Origin: Escherichia coli
GTDB lineage: Bacteria > Pseudomonadota > Gammaproteobacteria > Enterobacterales > Enterobacteriaceae
Reading direction: 5' to 3' (one strand)
NCBI RefSeq assembly: GCF_003790525.1
Contig: NZ_CP033635.1
Length of the DNA stretch: 64,000 nt
A program made the translations under genes and the position numbers. Under the pieces are notes generated by a model. The model was not told the origin of the DNA, ran no database searches, and worked only from the letters and a program-made list of their open reading frames with translations. Of this stretch, positions 1-8,717 are shown piece after piece. Numbering within the stretch: position 1 is the stretch's first letter; each line of letters begins with the position of its first letter.

Positions 1-450
1 TATCGAAGCCGTATTCCGCGCCAGCTTTCTGTAATAACAAGAAATCGCCTTCACGACCAGCGCCAAAGCGGAAATCATCACCTACGGCAAGAAATTTTAC
101 CCGCAAATGCTTCACCAGAAGATCGCTGATGAAATTTTGCGCGGTTAACGCCGCGAAACGCCTGTCGAAACGCACGCACAGCACGTAATCAACGCCACAC
201 TCTGCAAGGTAACGCAGTTTTTCCCGCAGCCGGGTCAGCCGTGCCGGGGCTTTATCGGTAGCAAACAGTTCCAGTGGTTGAGGTTCAAAAAGCATCAACA
301 TCACCGGTAAGTTGCGCTTGCGCCCTTCTTCCTGCAAGCCCTGTAACAGCGCGCGATGACCGCGATGCACGCCGTCGAAATTACCAATAGTCAGCACACA
401 CCCTTCTTGCGGGGCCTGGCTGAGATTATGTATGCCGCGTATCAGCTTCA
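1..450 (-). CDS. ribF: Bifunctional riboflavin kinase/FMN adenylyltransferase, N-terminal ~150 codons; gene continues beyond the window start
   Basis: Minus-strand frame open to the window edge; reverse complement of 421-450 reads ATGAAGCTGATACGCGGCATACATAATCTC (MKLIRGIHNL), the RibF N-terminus as I recall it; divergent from rpsT as in K-12. Confidence 0.85.
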
Positions 451-458
451 TGTCTGGC

Positions 459-677
459 TCAAAACAGTGAAAATCGTCCGAGTATACCTTGTACAGCGGT
501 CAAGGTTAACCGGCGATTGAGTACCGAAATCAGAAAGAAGTGGCTTTTCATTGCCATGGCGCAAATCACGGGAAGAAACTGACCGCCTGCTGCAATTTTT
601 ATCGCGGAAAAGCTGTATTCACACCCCGCAAGCTGGTAGAATCCTGCGCCATCACTACGTAACGAGTGCCGGCACAT
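459..677 (-). CDS. yaaY: Small protein YaaY (72 aa), function unknown
   Basis: 72-aa ORF immediately upstream of ribF on the same strand; length and position match K-12 yaaY. Confidence 0.65.
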   Translation of the reverse strand: MCRHSLRSDGAGFYQLAGCEYSFSAIKIAAGGQFLPVICAMAMKSHFFLISVLNRRLTLTAVQGILGRFSLF

Positions 678-758
678 TAACGGCGCTTATTTGCACAAAT
701 CCATTGACAAAAGAAGGCTAAAAGGGCATATTCCTCGGCCTTTGAATTGTCCATATAG

Positions 759-1043
<285 letters not shown>

Positions 1044-1069
1044 TTGCCAATTTGCTGAAGCTTTGTGAA

Positions 1070-1095
1070 AAAGCCCGCGCAAGCGGGTTTTTTTA
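1070..1095 (+). terminator. rpsT intrinsic terminator
   Basis: GC stem cccgc(gcaa)gcggg followed by a run of 7 T immediately after the rpsT stop. Confidence 0.7.
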
Positions 1096-1450
1096 TGCCT
1101 GCACGCCTGGAAATTTCAAATGAAAGGCATATCTCTTTTACTTATTTCTGCCGCCATATATTTCCCCAAGTATAAAACATTTAACATTTCATCATAAAAG
1201 TTAAAATGTTTTATTCTCTGATAAAACGTGAACTGCATAACAAAATACAGAGAAACAAAGCCAAAAACGAATTAACGCAAACTTAAAACGAAAAATTATA
1301 ATTGTCGCCATCACTCTCCTTAACTAACCTCATTCCCACAACGTTGTTTAAATCATTAATAAATATGCATTAAGGAAAGTCAGTATGTATTTGCTTAGAA
1401 AATAAAAGCTTTTTTTCTGAGACAGGCATTCTTGTTCTGGAGAGAATATA

Positions 1451-2824
1451 ATGAGTTCCGTCATTGAAACTACTCAATCAACTTCATCCGATTCCTTACC
1501 TTTAATACAGCGGATTAGCTACGGCTCACTGGATGTTGCCGGTAATCTGCTCTACTGTTTTGGCTCTACCTACATTCTTTATTTCTACACCGACGTAGCA
1601 GGGATTAGTCTGGCGGTTGCAGGCATAATCCTACTGCTGGCGCGCATTGTAGACGGTATTGATGCGCCAGTGTGGGGAATCATTATCGATAAAACCCATT
1701 CGCGTTATGGAAAATGCCGTCCATGGTTTTTATGGTTACCATTACCTTTTGCTGTATTTAGTGCGCTTTCTTTCTGGTCACCCGATATCAGCATGACAGG
1801 GAAAGCTGTTTATGCAGCAATATCGTACATGTTAGCCAGCATTCTGTTCACTGGGTTGAATACACCATTAAGCGCTATATTACCGCTGATGACGCTGTCA
1901 CCAAAGGAACGCCTGGTATTAAACTCATATCGCATGACTGGTGGGCAAATTGGCGTACTATTAATGAATGCGACAGCATTGCCATTGGTCGCTTTCCTTG
2001 GTAATGGTAACGATAAAGCAGGCTTTATATATACTGCCATAGTCTTTGCCGTAATATCCTGTGCCTTAACGTTGTTTGCCTTTAAAAATATTCGCGAACT
2101 GGATACCGATAAAATACAGCAAGAACCACGACTGCCGATGAAAAAGAGTTTTTCGGCAATGAAAGGGAACTGGCCGTGGCTCCTGATGGTAGTGGCGAAC
2201 CTTATCTTCTGGATTGCCCTACAGCAGCGCAACACTACTATTGTTTACTATTTAACCTACAATCTGGATCGCAAAGATCTGGTCCCGCTGGTTAACAGCC
2301 TCGCCACCATTCAGATCCTGTTTATCATTGCCATTCCGTTCTTCAGTCGCTATCTCACCAAAACCTGGATTTGGATTACCGGGCTGCTGGTTGCGATGTT
2401 AGGCGGGGGCCTCATGTGGCTGGCTGCCGACAGCATCCCTTTGATGATCGCCGCCTGGGTACTCGCCAATATCGGCAGCGGTATCGCCTGTTCTATGCCT
2501 TTCGCGATGCTCGGTTTCGCCGTTGACTTTGGTCGCTGGAAAACCGGCATTAAAGCTACCGGCATTCTGATCGCCTTCGGCAGCACCTTCTGCATCAAGA
2601 TGGGCAGTGGTATCGGTACAGCTTTCGCTGCCTTTATTATGGACAGCTTTGGTTATATCCCCAACCAACAACAGACGGCTGCGGGGTTGGAAGGTATCAG
2701 CCTGGCATTTATCTGGGTCCCTGCGCTGCTCTTTGCTCTCGCGGCTGTACCACTGCTCTTCTTTCGCCAGTATGAAGCGATGGAAGGTCGTATCCAACAC
2801 GATCTGCAAGCCCACAATCGTTGA
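1451..2824 (+). CDS. GPH-family (glycoside-pentoside-hexuronide:cation symporter, MelB/YicJ-like) MFS transporter, 457 aa
   Basis: ATG with upstream GGAGAG; highly hydrophobic multi-span protein; GPH-type motif DGIDAPVWGIIIDKTHSRYGKCRPW in loop 2-3; not present at this position in K-12. Confidence 0.85.
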   Translation: MSSVIETTQSTSSDSLPLIQRISYGSLDVAGNLLYCFGSTYILYFYTDVAGISLAVAGIILLLARIVDGIDAPVWGIIIDKTHSRYGKCRPWFLWLPLPFAVFSALSFWSPDISMTGKAVYAAISYMLASILFTGLNTPLSAILPLMTLSPKERLVLNSYRMTGGQIGVLLMNATALPLVAFLGNGNDKAGFIYTAIVFAVISCALTLFAFKNIRELDTDKIQQEPRLPMKKSFSAMKGNWPWLLMVVANLIFWIALQQRNTTIVYYLTYNLDRKDLVPLVNSLATIQILFIIAIPFFSRYLTKTWIWITGLLVAMLGGGLMWLAADSIPLMIAAWVLANIGSGIACSMPFAMLGFAVDFGRWKTGIKATGILIAFGSTFCIKMGSGIGTAFAAFIMDSFGYIPNQQQTAAGLEGISLAFIWVPALLFALAAVPLLFFRQYEAMEGRIQHDLQAHNR

Positions 2825-2863
2825 ATTTAATCAACATGCCACTTGCTCCTGGGAGGAACAATT

Positions 2864-4903
2864 ATGTCGTTTATTAAGCAAGATCCCCACCGTCTGGTCT
2901 GGCAACAAGACGATCGTTATCTCTGGATTGAAGCCTGGGGCGAAAACAGCTTACGCGTGCGAAGCGGCCGCCATTTACCGGTAATGCGCAATGAAAACTG
3001 GGCGTTAACTCAGGATCCTGGCGATGCTGTCGCTCATATCACCTGGGATGAAAAACAGGCAACGCTGAGAAATGGTAAAATCACTGCCATCGTAAATCTT
3101 CAGGGCCAGCTCTCTTTCTGGCGTAATGATGATAAATGCCTGCTGCAAGAGTTCTGGCGTCAACGTGGCGAAATTGGTGAAGATGAGTCAGCACACGGCC
3201 AATATGTGAGCGCTCTTAATCTACAGGCCCGTGAATTCAAGCCTATTCCTGGCGGGAAATTTACGATTAAGGCACGATTTGAAGCCAACGATGGCGAGAA
3301 ACTCTTTGGCATGGGTCAGTATCAGCAACCAAACCTGGATTTAAAAGGTTGCATGCTGGAGCTGGCACAACGTAACTCGCAGGCTTCTGTTCCCTTCCTG
3401 CTATCAAATCAGGGTTATGGTTTTCTGTGGAATAACCCAGCAATTGGCCGCGTCACCTTCGCGCAAAACGGTACGGAATGGGTAGCAGAAGTCAGTGAAC
3501 AACTGGACTACTGGATCACTGCGGGCGATACTCCGGCTGAGATCAGTGAAGCCTATGCACGAGTAACCGGTACGCCACCGATGATGCCTGATTACGCAAT
3601 GGGGTTCTGGCAATGCAAGCTTCGCTATCGTAATCAACAAGAATTGTTAGAAGTCGCACGCGGCTACAAGCAACGCAATCTTCCGATCTCGGTGATTGTC
3701 ATCGATTTCTTCCATTGGCCGAATCAGGGTGACTGGATGTTCGATCTGCGTGACTGGCCCGATCCCGATGCGATGATCGCCGAATTAAAAGAAATGGGTA
3801 TCGAACTGATGGTTTCATTCTGGCCTACCGTAGATAACCGTACCGAGAGTTATCGGGAGATGAAAGAAAACGGCTGGCTAGTCCACACCGAGCGTGGTTT
3901 GCCTATCAATATGGATTTCCTTGGCAACACCACGTTCTTTGATGCGACACATCCTGGCGCACGGGAATATGTCTGGAACAAAGCCAAACGCAATTATTAC
4001 GATAAAGGCGTGAAACTGTTCTGGCTGGATGAAGCCGAGCCAGAGTTCGGTGTTTACGATTATGACAACTATCGTTACTACGCAGGGCCAGTGCTGGAAG
4101 TCGGTAATATCTATCCGCGTATGTACGCCAAAACGTTCTTCGATGGCATGCAGGCAGCCGGAGAAAAGCAGGTGATCAATTTGCTACGCTGCGCCTGGGC
4201 CGGTAGTCAGAAATATGGTGCCCTGGTGTGGTCAGGCGATATCCACTCCTCCTTCCGTTCTCTGCGCAATCAGTTTGCTGCGGGGCTGAACATGGGAATT
4301 GCCGGGATCCCGTGGTGGACGACGGATATTGGCGGTTTCCACGGTGGCAACATACATGATCCAAAATTTCATGAACTGCTTATTCGCTGGTTCCAGTGGG
4401 GGGTATTCAGCCCAGTAATGCGTTTACATGGCAACCGCGACCCGCAAGTTTTGCCTGAACAACCCTATCGTGATGGCATCGCACAATGTCCGACTGGCGC
4501 GCCGAATGAAGTCTGGAGCTATGGTGAAGAAACCGGTGAAATTCTCACTTCCTGCCTGCAGTTGCGTGAGAAGCTGAAACCTTATATCAGTAAAATTATG
4601 GCTGAGACGCACGAGAAGAACAGCCCGGTAATGCGCACGATGTTCTTTGAGTTTCCAGACCAGGCAGAAAGCTGGAATATTTATGATCAGTACTGCTTTG
4701 GCCCGGACCTTCTCGTTGCCCCTGTAATGCACGAAGGTACACGTTCACGTGATGTCTGGTTGCCTGCCGGAGAGACATGGATCGATTTTTATACCCATGA
4801 ACACTACGCGGGTGGGCAAAAGCTTCATCATTGCGCGCCGCTGCACCAGATACCGGTATTCATTCGTGAGAAAGGGAAATATCGCCAGTTATTACCCGTT
4901 TAA
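2864..4903 (+). CDS. Glycoside hydrolase family 31 alpha-glycosidase (YicI/YihQ-like), ~679 aa
   Basis: ORF track begins at TTG 2843, but ATG 2864 has a GGGAGG Shine-Dalgarno 7 nt upstream; GH31 motifs FWLDEAEPE (candidate nucleophile Asp) and WSGDIHS (candidate acid/base Asp); 19 bp after the transporter stop, so likely one operon. Confidence 0.85.
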   Translation: MSFIKQDPHRLVWQQDDRYLWIEAWGENSLRVRSGRHLPVMRNENWALTQDPGDAVAHITWDEKQATLRNGKITAIVNLQGQLSFWRNDDKCLLQEFWRQRGEIGEDESAHGQYVSALNLQAREFKPIPGGKFTIKARFEANDGEKLFGMGQYQQPNLDLKGCMLELAQRNSQASVPFLLSNQGYGFLWNNPAIGRVTFAQNGTEWVAEVSEQLDYWITAGDTPAEISEAYARVTGTPPMMPDYAMGFWQCKLRYRNQQELLEVARGYKQRNLPISVIVIDFFHWPNQGDWMFDLRDWPDPDAMIAELKEMGIELMVSFWPTVDNRTESYREMKENGWLVHTERGLPINMDFLGNTTFFDATHPGAREYVWNKAKRNYYDKGVKLFWLDEAEPEFGVYDYDNYRYYAGPVLEVGNIYPRMYAKTFFDGMQAAGEKQVINLLRCAWAGSQKYGALVWSGDIHSSFRSLRNQFAAGLNMGIAGIPWWTTDIGGFHGGNIHDPKFHELLIRWFQWGVFSPVMRLHGNRDPQVLPEQPYRDGIAQCPTGAPNEVWSYGEETGEILTSCLQLREKLKPYISKIMAETHEKNSPVMRTMFFEFPDQAESWNIYDQYCFGPDLLVAPVMHEGTRSRDVWLPAGETWIDFYTHEHYAGGQKLHHCAPLHQIPVFIREKGKYRQLLPV

Positions 4904-4924
4904 AGGACATCGTTTGTTCATTAG

Positions 4925-4949
4925 CACGCCCCGTATATAGCGGGGCGTG
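4925..4949. terminator. Perfect 9-bp stem-loop (cacgccccg / cggggcgtg) between the convergent GH31 and nhaR genes
   Basis: Seen directly; short T tract follows on the + strand. Confidence 0.4.
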
Positions 4950-4960
4950 AGTTTTAATAT

Positions 4961-5866
4961 CTATCGTGAGGCGGGAGAAAACAACGAAGAATAATCCGTA
5001 TTGCAGATTCGCTGTACCGCCGGGTGCTGAATCATCCGCTCAGCAAAAATAGCATGGTACTCTTCCATCACATTTTCGACGCGACCAATTTCTACGACAG
5101 TTTTATCGGCATAAAAGTCATATGCATAAAGCGTTGGGGCAACGAAGATTGCATTGTGCATCGCACCAAAAGCTTTCATCAACGCGGCATCATCAAACTC
5201 GCCGAGGATTTCTACGTTTAATCCCTGGGAGTTAAACCAGTTAAGCAATTTGCGCCCTAACATTGAACGTCGCCCAGGAATCAAAAGCCGCCGTTCTTCC
5301 AGACAAGCCGGGAACGGTTTTTCCGGTGGTGGATTTGTACACCAGAAACTCACGCCACATTCGCCAATTCTCACGGAGAACAGACCTTCCTGCTGCGTAG
5401 AATCTATCGGACAGTCGGAAATGATCATATCCAGTTTATGCTGACTTAATTGCTCCAGCAGCATTTCGTGGGTGGATTCGAAGCAGCGAAGATGAATCGG
5501 CTCGCCTTCTACCACTGCGGCGTTAAGTACGCTACTGACCAGGCGTTTAGAAAGTGCATCAGCCACGCCAACGTCAAACAATAAATTGGATTCTTTGCGA
5601 TAGTTCACGATATCCAGCATTTCCTGGCTTAAGGTGAACATTTTATCGGCATAGCGATAGACCAGCTCTCCCAGCTCGCTGGGCTCGAGGCCACGTCCCT
5701 TGCGCTTAAATAATTTGCCTTGCAGGCGCTCTTCCAGCGCCCGAATCTGTCCGGTAATGGTTTGTGGTGTTAAATAAAGCGCCTCCGCTGCGCCAACCAC
5801 GGAACCTTCTTTATAGACATGCCAGAAGTAATACAAGTGGTTGTAATTGATATGAGACATGCTCAT
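4961..5866 (-). CDS. nhaR: LysR-family transcriptional activator NhaR
   Basis: Translation from [41 protein letters not shown]...; 301 aa as in K-12 (ORF track extends 6 codons upstream). Confidence 0.93.
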   Translation of the reverse strand: MSMSHINYNHLYYFWHVYKEGSVVGAAEALYLTPQTITGQIRALEERLQGKLFKRKGRGLEPSELGELVYRYADKMFTLSQEMLDIVNYRKESNLLFDVGVADALSKRLVSSVLNAAVVEGEPIHLRCFESTHEMLLEQLSQHKLDMIISDCPIDSTQQEGLFSVRIGECGVSFWCTNPPPEKPFPACLEERRLLIPGRRSMLGRKLLNWFNSQGLNVEILGEFDDAALMKAFGAMHNAIFVAPTLYAYDFYADKTVVEIGRVENVMEEYHAIFAERMIQHPAVQRICNTDYSSLFSPASR

Positions 5867-5925
5867 TTCTCTCCCTGATAACAATGAAAAGGGAGCCGTT
5901 TATGGCTCCCCGGTAAACCGTCCTG

Positions 5926-7092
5926 TCAAACTGATGGACGCAAACGAACGCGTAACCAGCTGTATCCAATTACCGCCGAAGAGATAGAACCGACCAGGAT
6001 ACCGAGTTTCGCCCAGTTAATCAGTTCTGGATCTACGCTACCAAAGGCAAGGCTGGCAATAAAGATAGACATAGTAAAACCGATACCGCATAGGATCCCC
6101 ACCGCCATAATTTGCTGATAAGTCGTTCCCTCAGGCAGATGCGCCAGTTTCAAACGCAGCGCCAACCAGCAGAACAGACTAATACCCAGTGGCTTGCCAA
6201 TCAGCAAACCGGCGATGATCCCTAATGGCAGAATGGAGGTCAGGCCATCCAGCGTCACGCCTTGCAGAGATACCCCCGCATTGGCAAACGCAAACAACGG
6301 CAAAATCAGATATGCCACCCACGGATGCAAAACATGCTCCAGACGTTTAGCCGGAGAGCGCCCATGCTTCTCTTTTAACGGAATAAAGAAGCCGACAATG
6401 ACGCCAGCCAGCGTTGCATGGACACCTGATTTCAACACCGCTGTCCACAGTACCACGCCAACCAGAATATAAACGCCCGTGCGACGAACACCACAGATAT
6501 TCAGTACCGCGAGTACGGCAATCGCTACTGCCGCAACGCCGAGAGACGCCATCGATAAGTCATTAGTGTAGAACAATGCGATGATAATGATGGCCCCAAG
6601 ATCGTCGATAATAGCCAGAGCCATCAAAAAGATCTTCAGCGCTAACGGAACACGACTTCCCAACAGCGCCAGCACACCAAGTGCAAAGGCAATGTCAGTA
6701 GCCGCCGGGATCGCCCACCCTTCGCGGGTAATCGGATCGGCATAGTTAAAGGCCAGATAGAGCAATGCCGGCACAATCATCCCACCAATAGCGGCGATAA
6801 CTGGAAATGCGGCCTGGCGTAAGCTGGCTAGCGATCCTTGCATCAGTTCACGTTTAACTTCCAGACCGACTAACAGGAAAAATACCGCCATCAGCGCGTC
6901 ATTTATCCATAACAGCATGTTTTTGTTGATTTCGAGTGAACCAACCCGGAGCTGAACCGGCGTCTCCAGAAAGTCGTGATACCATCCACTGGTTGCGCCG
7001 CTATTGGCCATAATCATCGCCAGGATAGCGGCAATGATAAGAATAATGCCTCCCGAGGCATCACTGCTAAAGAATCGATGCAGATGTTTCAC
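5926..7092 (-). CDS. nhaA: Na+/H+ antiporter NhaA
   Basis: 388-aa polytopic membrane protein [51 protein letters not shown]... Confidence 0.95.
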   Translation of the reverse strand: MKHLHRFFSSDASGGIILIIAAILAMIMANSGATSGWYHDFLETPVQLRVGSLEINKNMLLWINDALMAVFFLLVGLEVKRELMQGSLASLRQAAFPVIAAIGGMIVPALLYLAFNYADPITREGWAIPAATDIAFALGVLALLGSRVPLALKIFLMALAIIDDLGAIIIIALFYTNDLSMASLGVAAVAIAVLAVLNICGVRRTGVYILVGVVLWTAVLKSGVHATLAGVIVGFFIPLKEKHGRSPAKRLEHVLHPWVAYLILPLFAFANAGVSLQGVTLDGLTSILPLGIIAGLLIGKPLGISLFCWLALRLKLAHLPEGTTYQQIMAVGILCGIGFTMSIFIASLAFGSVDPELINWAKLGILVGSISSAVIGYSWLRVRLRPSV

Positions 7093-7343
7093 TTTTTATT
7101 TCTCTTTCAGGTGAATAGATCGTTTTTACTATTTTACCCCGCACGAATCATCGTTAAAATCAGATTATAGTGTAGGAATAATTCGTTTTTTACGAACCAT
7201 TGAAGGATTTGTGCCATCAGCGATGAGATGATTTTTTGACGGCTGTAAGCGCTCACGAGTGACCCTAAGCCCTGATAATCATAGCTTAAGGTGAGGATTT
7301 CTGAGGGATTAATTAGGAAAAGTAATAATAAAATCGCACTGTG

Positions 7344-8588
7344 CTATAGCTGTTTATTCCAGAGATGCTTGAAAATATCTAATGTGGAGACAACATTGGC
7401 AGGCGACATTCGGTTTAATGAGGATAGAAAGGGATGAGACTCCAGGAAGTTGATAAAACGAGTCGCGCTTGCTAACGTCGAATACCGCATTTCATTTGCT
7501 TTCTTGTTTCCTGTAAGGTTACAAACAGCCATTGAATAATCACGGGCGGAAAATGTACGCCAAACATTATTTCTCACGCCACCACTCAAAAACAACCGCG
7601 GCGGCGTATCATAATGAGTCGTTTTCTCGCCGCGTTCTTTCACAAATGAAATATGGCACCGGCCTTGATGAATATGCTGTAAATTAGCCATCAGACAACC
7701 ACCTAATATAAAGCACTCGTGATCAAGGTAGTGTTGAATATTTATAGAATATGCTTCAGTCAGTGCTCTAACCAGTTCAAAATGGCGATACGCCGGAAGA
7801 ACCGGTTTCACCAACATCCCCGGATCGTTTTGATGTAATATCGCCCGACCATAATCAATATCAAATAAGGTATCACGCCGCATAGTAAGTAACTCCTTGC
7901 GTTGTACGTGATGCGCCAGTGTACCTGGAGACAAACGCTCTTCATAACTTGATGCATATTGATAATGCGACTCTACCGCTGATGGAGAATAATTTGTTGA
8001 AATAGCGACGACTCTACCGCTTTGTTCTTCTGCGGTAACAAGGCTATAAAGATAGTTATTACTACCGTTAAACTTTACGCGAAAAGCGCGGGTAGATAGA
8101 GAAATATCAGAAGCAGAAGAGTATTGGTAACTTTCTTTATAGTTTACTTCCCGGGCTAGTTTCATCAACTCACGGTTAAGCCCTGTGCTATTAAGAAGTA
8201 ATAATTTACGGATATCTGCAAGTGAAGCGCCTTGATCAATCATCAATGCTAAATGTGTTCTTCGCGGCGTTGTATTTACATGATCCAGAGTGATAAAAGT
8301 TCTGGAACAATGATGACAATACATTCTCCTCTGCCCCTGAGCTGAATAGCCATACTTTTTCAGAGATGTGCTTCCGCAAGCTGAACATTGTGGAACCAAC
8401 CCTCTCCATGAATGATTAACACGATTACGATAAATATTAAGAGATCGTTCAGATATCACAGGAAACAAGTAACCGCATTCCCGACATAAAATATTTTTTC
8501 CTTGTGCAATATAATCCTGGCTATTCAACAACCCCAGGTTTTTGCATCCTGGTGTTTTGCAACAATCAACATTTACGTTGGTAAACAT
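7344..8588 (-). CDS. Uncharacterised Cys-rich protein with two predicted CxxC...CxxC zinc-ribbon modules (InsA-like), ~414 aa
   Basis: ORF track starts at 8624, but the ATG at 8588 (MFTNVNV) has AGGGAG 6 nt upstream; motifs CKTPGC...CRECG and CSACGSTSLKKYGYSAQGQRRMYCHHCSRTF; C-terminal ~300 aa with no motif I recognise. Confidence 0.7.
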   Translation of the reverse strand: MFTNVNVDCCKTPGCKNLGLLNSQDYIAQGKNILCRECGYLFPVISERSLNIYRNRVNHSWRGLVPQCSACGSTSLKKYGYSAQGQRRMYCHHCSRTFITLDHVNTTPRRTHLALMIDQGASLADIRKLLLLNSTGLNRELMKLAREVNYKESYQYSSASDISLSTRAFRVKFNGSNNYLYSLVTAEEQSGRVVAISTNYSPSAVESHYQYASSYEERLSPGTLAHHVQRKELLTMRRDTLFDIDYGRAILHQNDPGMLVKPVLPAYRHFELVRALTEAYSINIQHYLDHECFILGGCLMANLQHIHQGRCHISFVKERGEKTTHYDTPPRLFLSGGVRNNVWRTFSARDYSMAVCNLTGNKKANEMRYSTLASATRFINFLESHPFLSSLNRMSPANVVSTLDIFKHLWNKQL

Positions 8589-8628
8589 ATTCACTCCCTG
8601 CGAATACCCGGATATTATCGTCATATGT

Positions 8629-8669
8629 CAAAGAAAAGAACCTGACTCAATGTGTAACATTGAATCAGG
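8629..8669 (-). terminator. Candidate intrinsic terminator/attenuator between the sulfatase gene and the Cys-rich gene
   Basis: 12-bp inverted repeat cctgactcaatg(tgtaa)cattgaatcagg; on the minus-strand RNA the stem is complete with one G-U pair and is followed by UUCUUUUCUUU. Confidence 0.45.
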
Positions 8670-8717
8670 CGGGCATGGCCCTGAAAGGCATACATTACAT
8701 TTATTATGGTTATCAGA

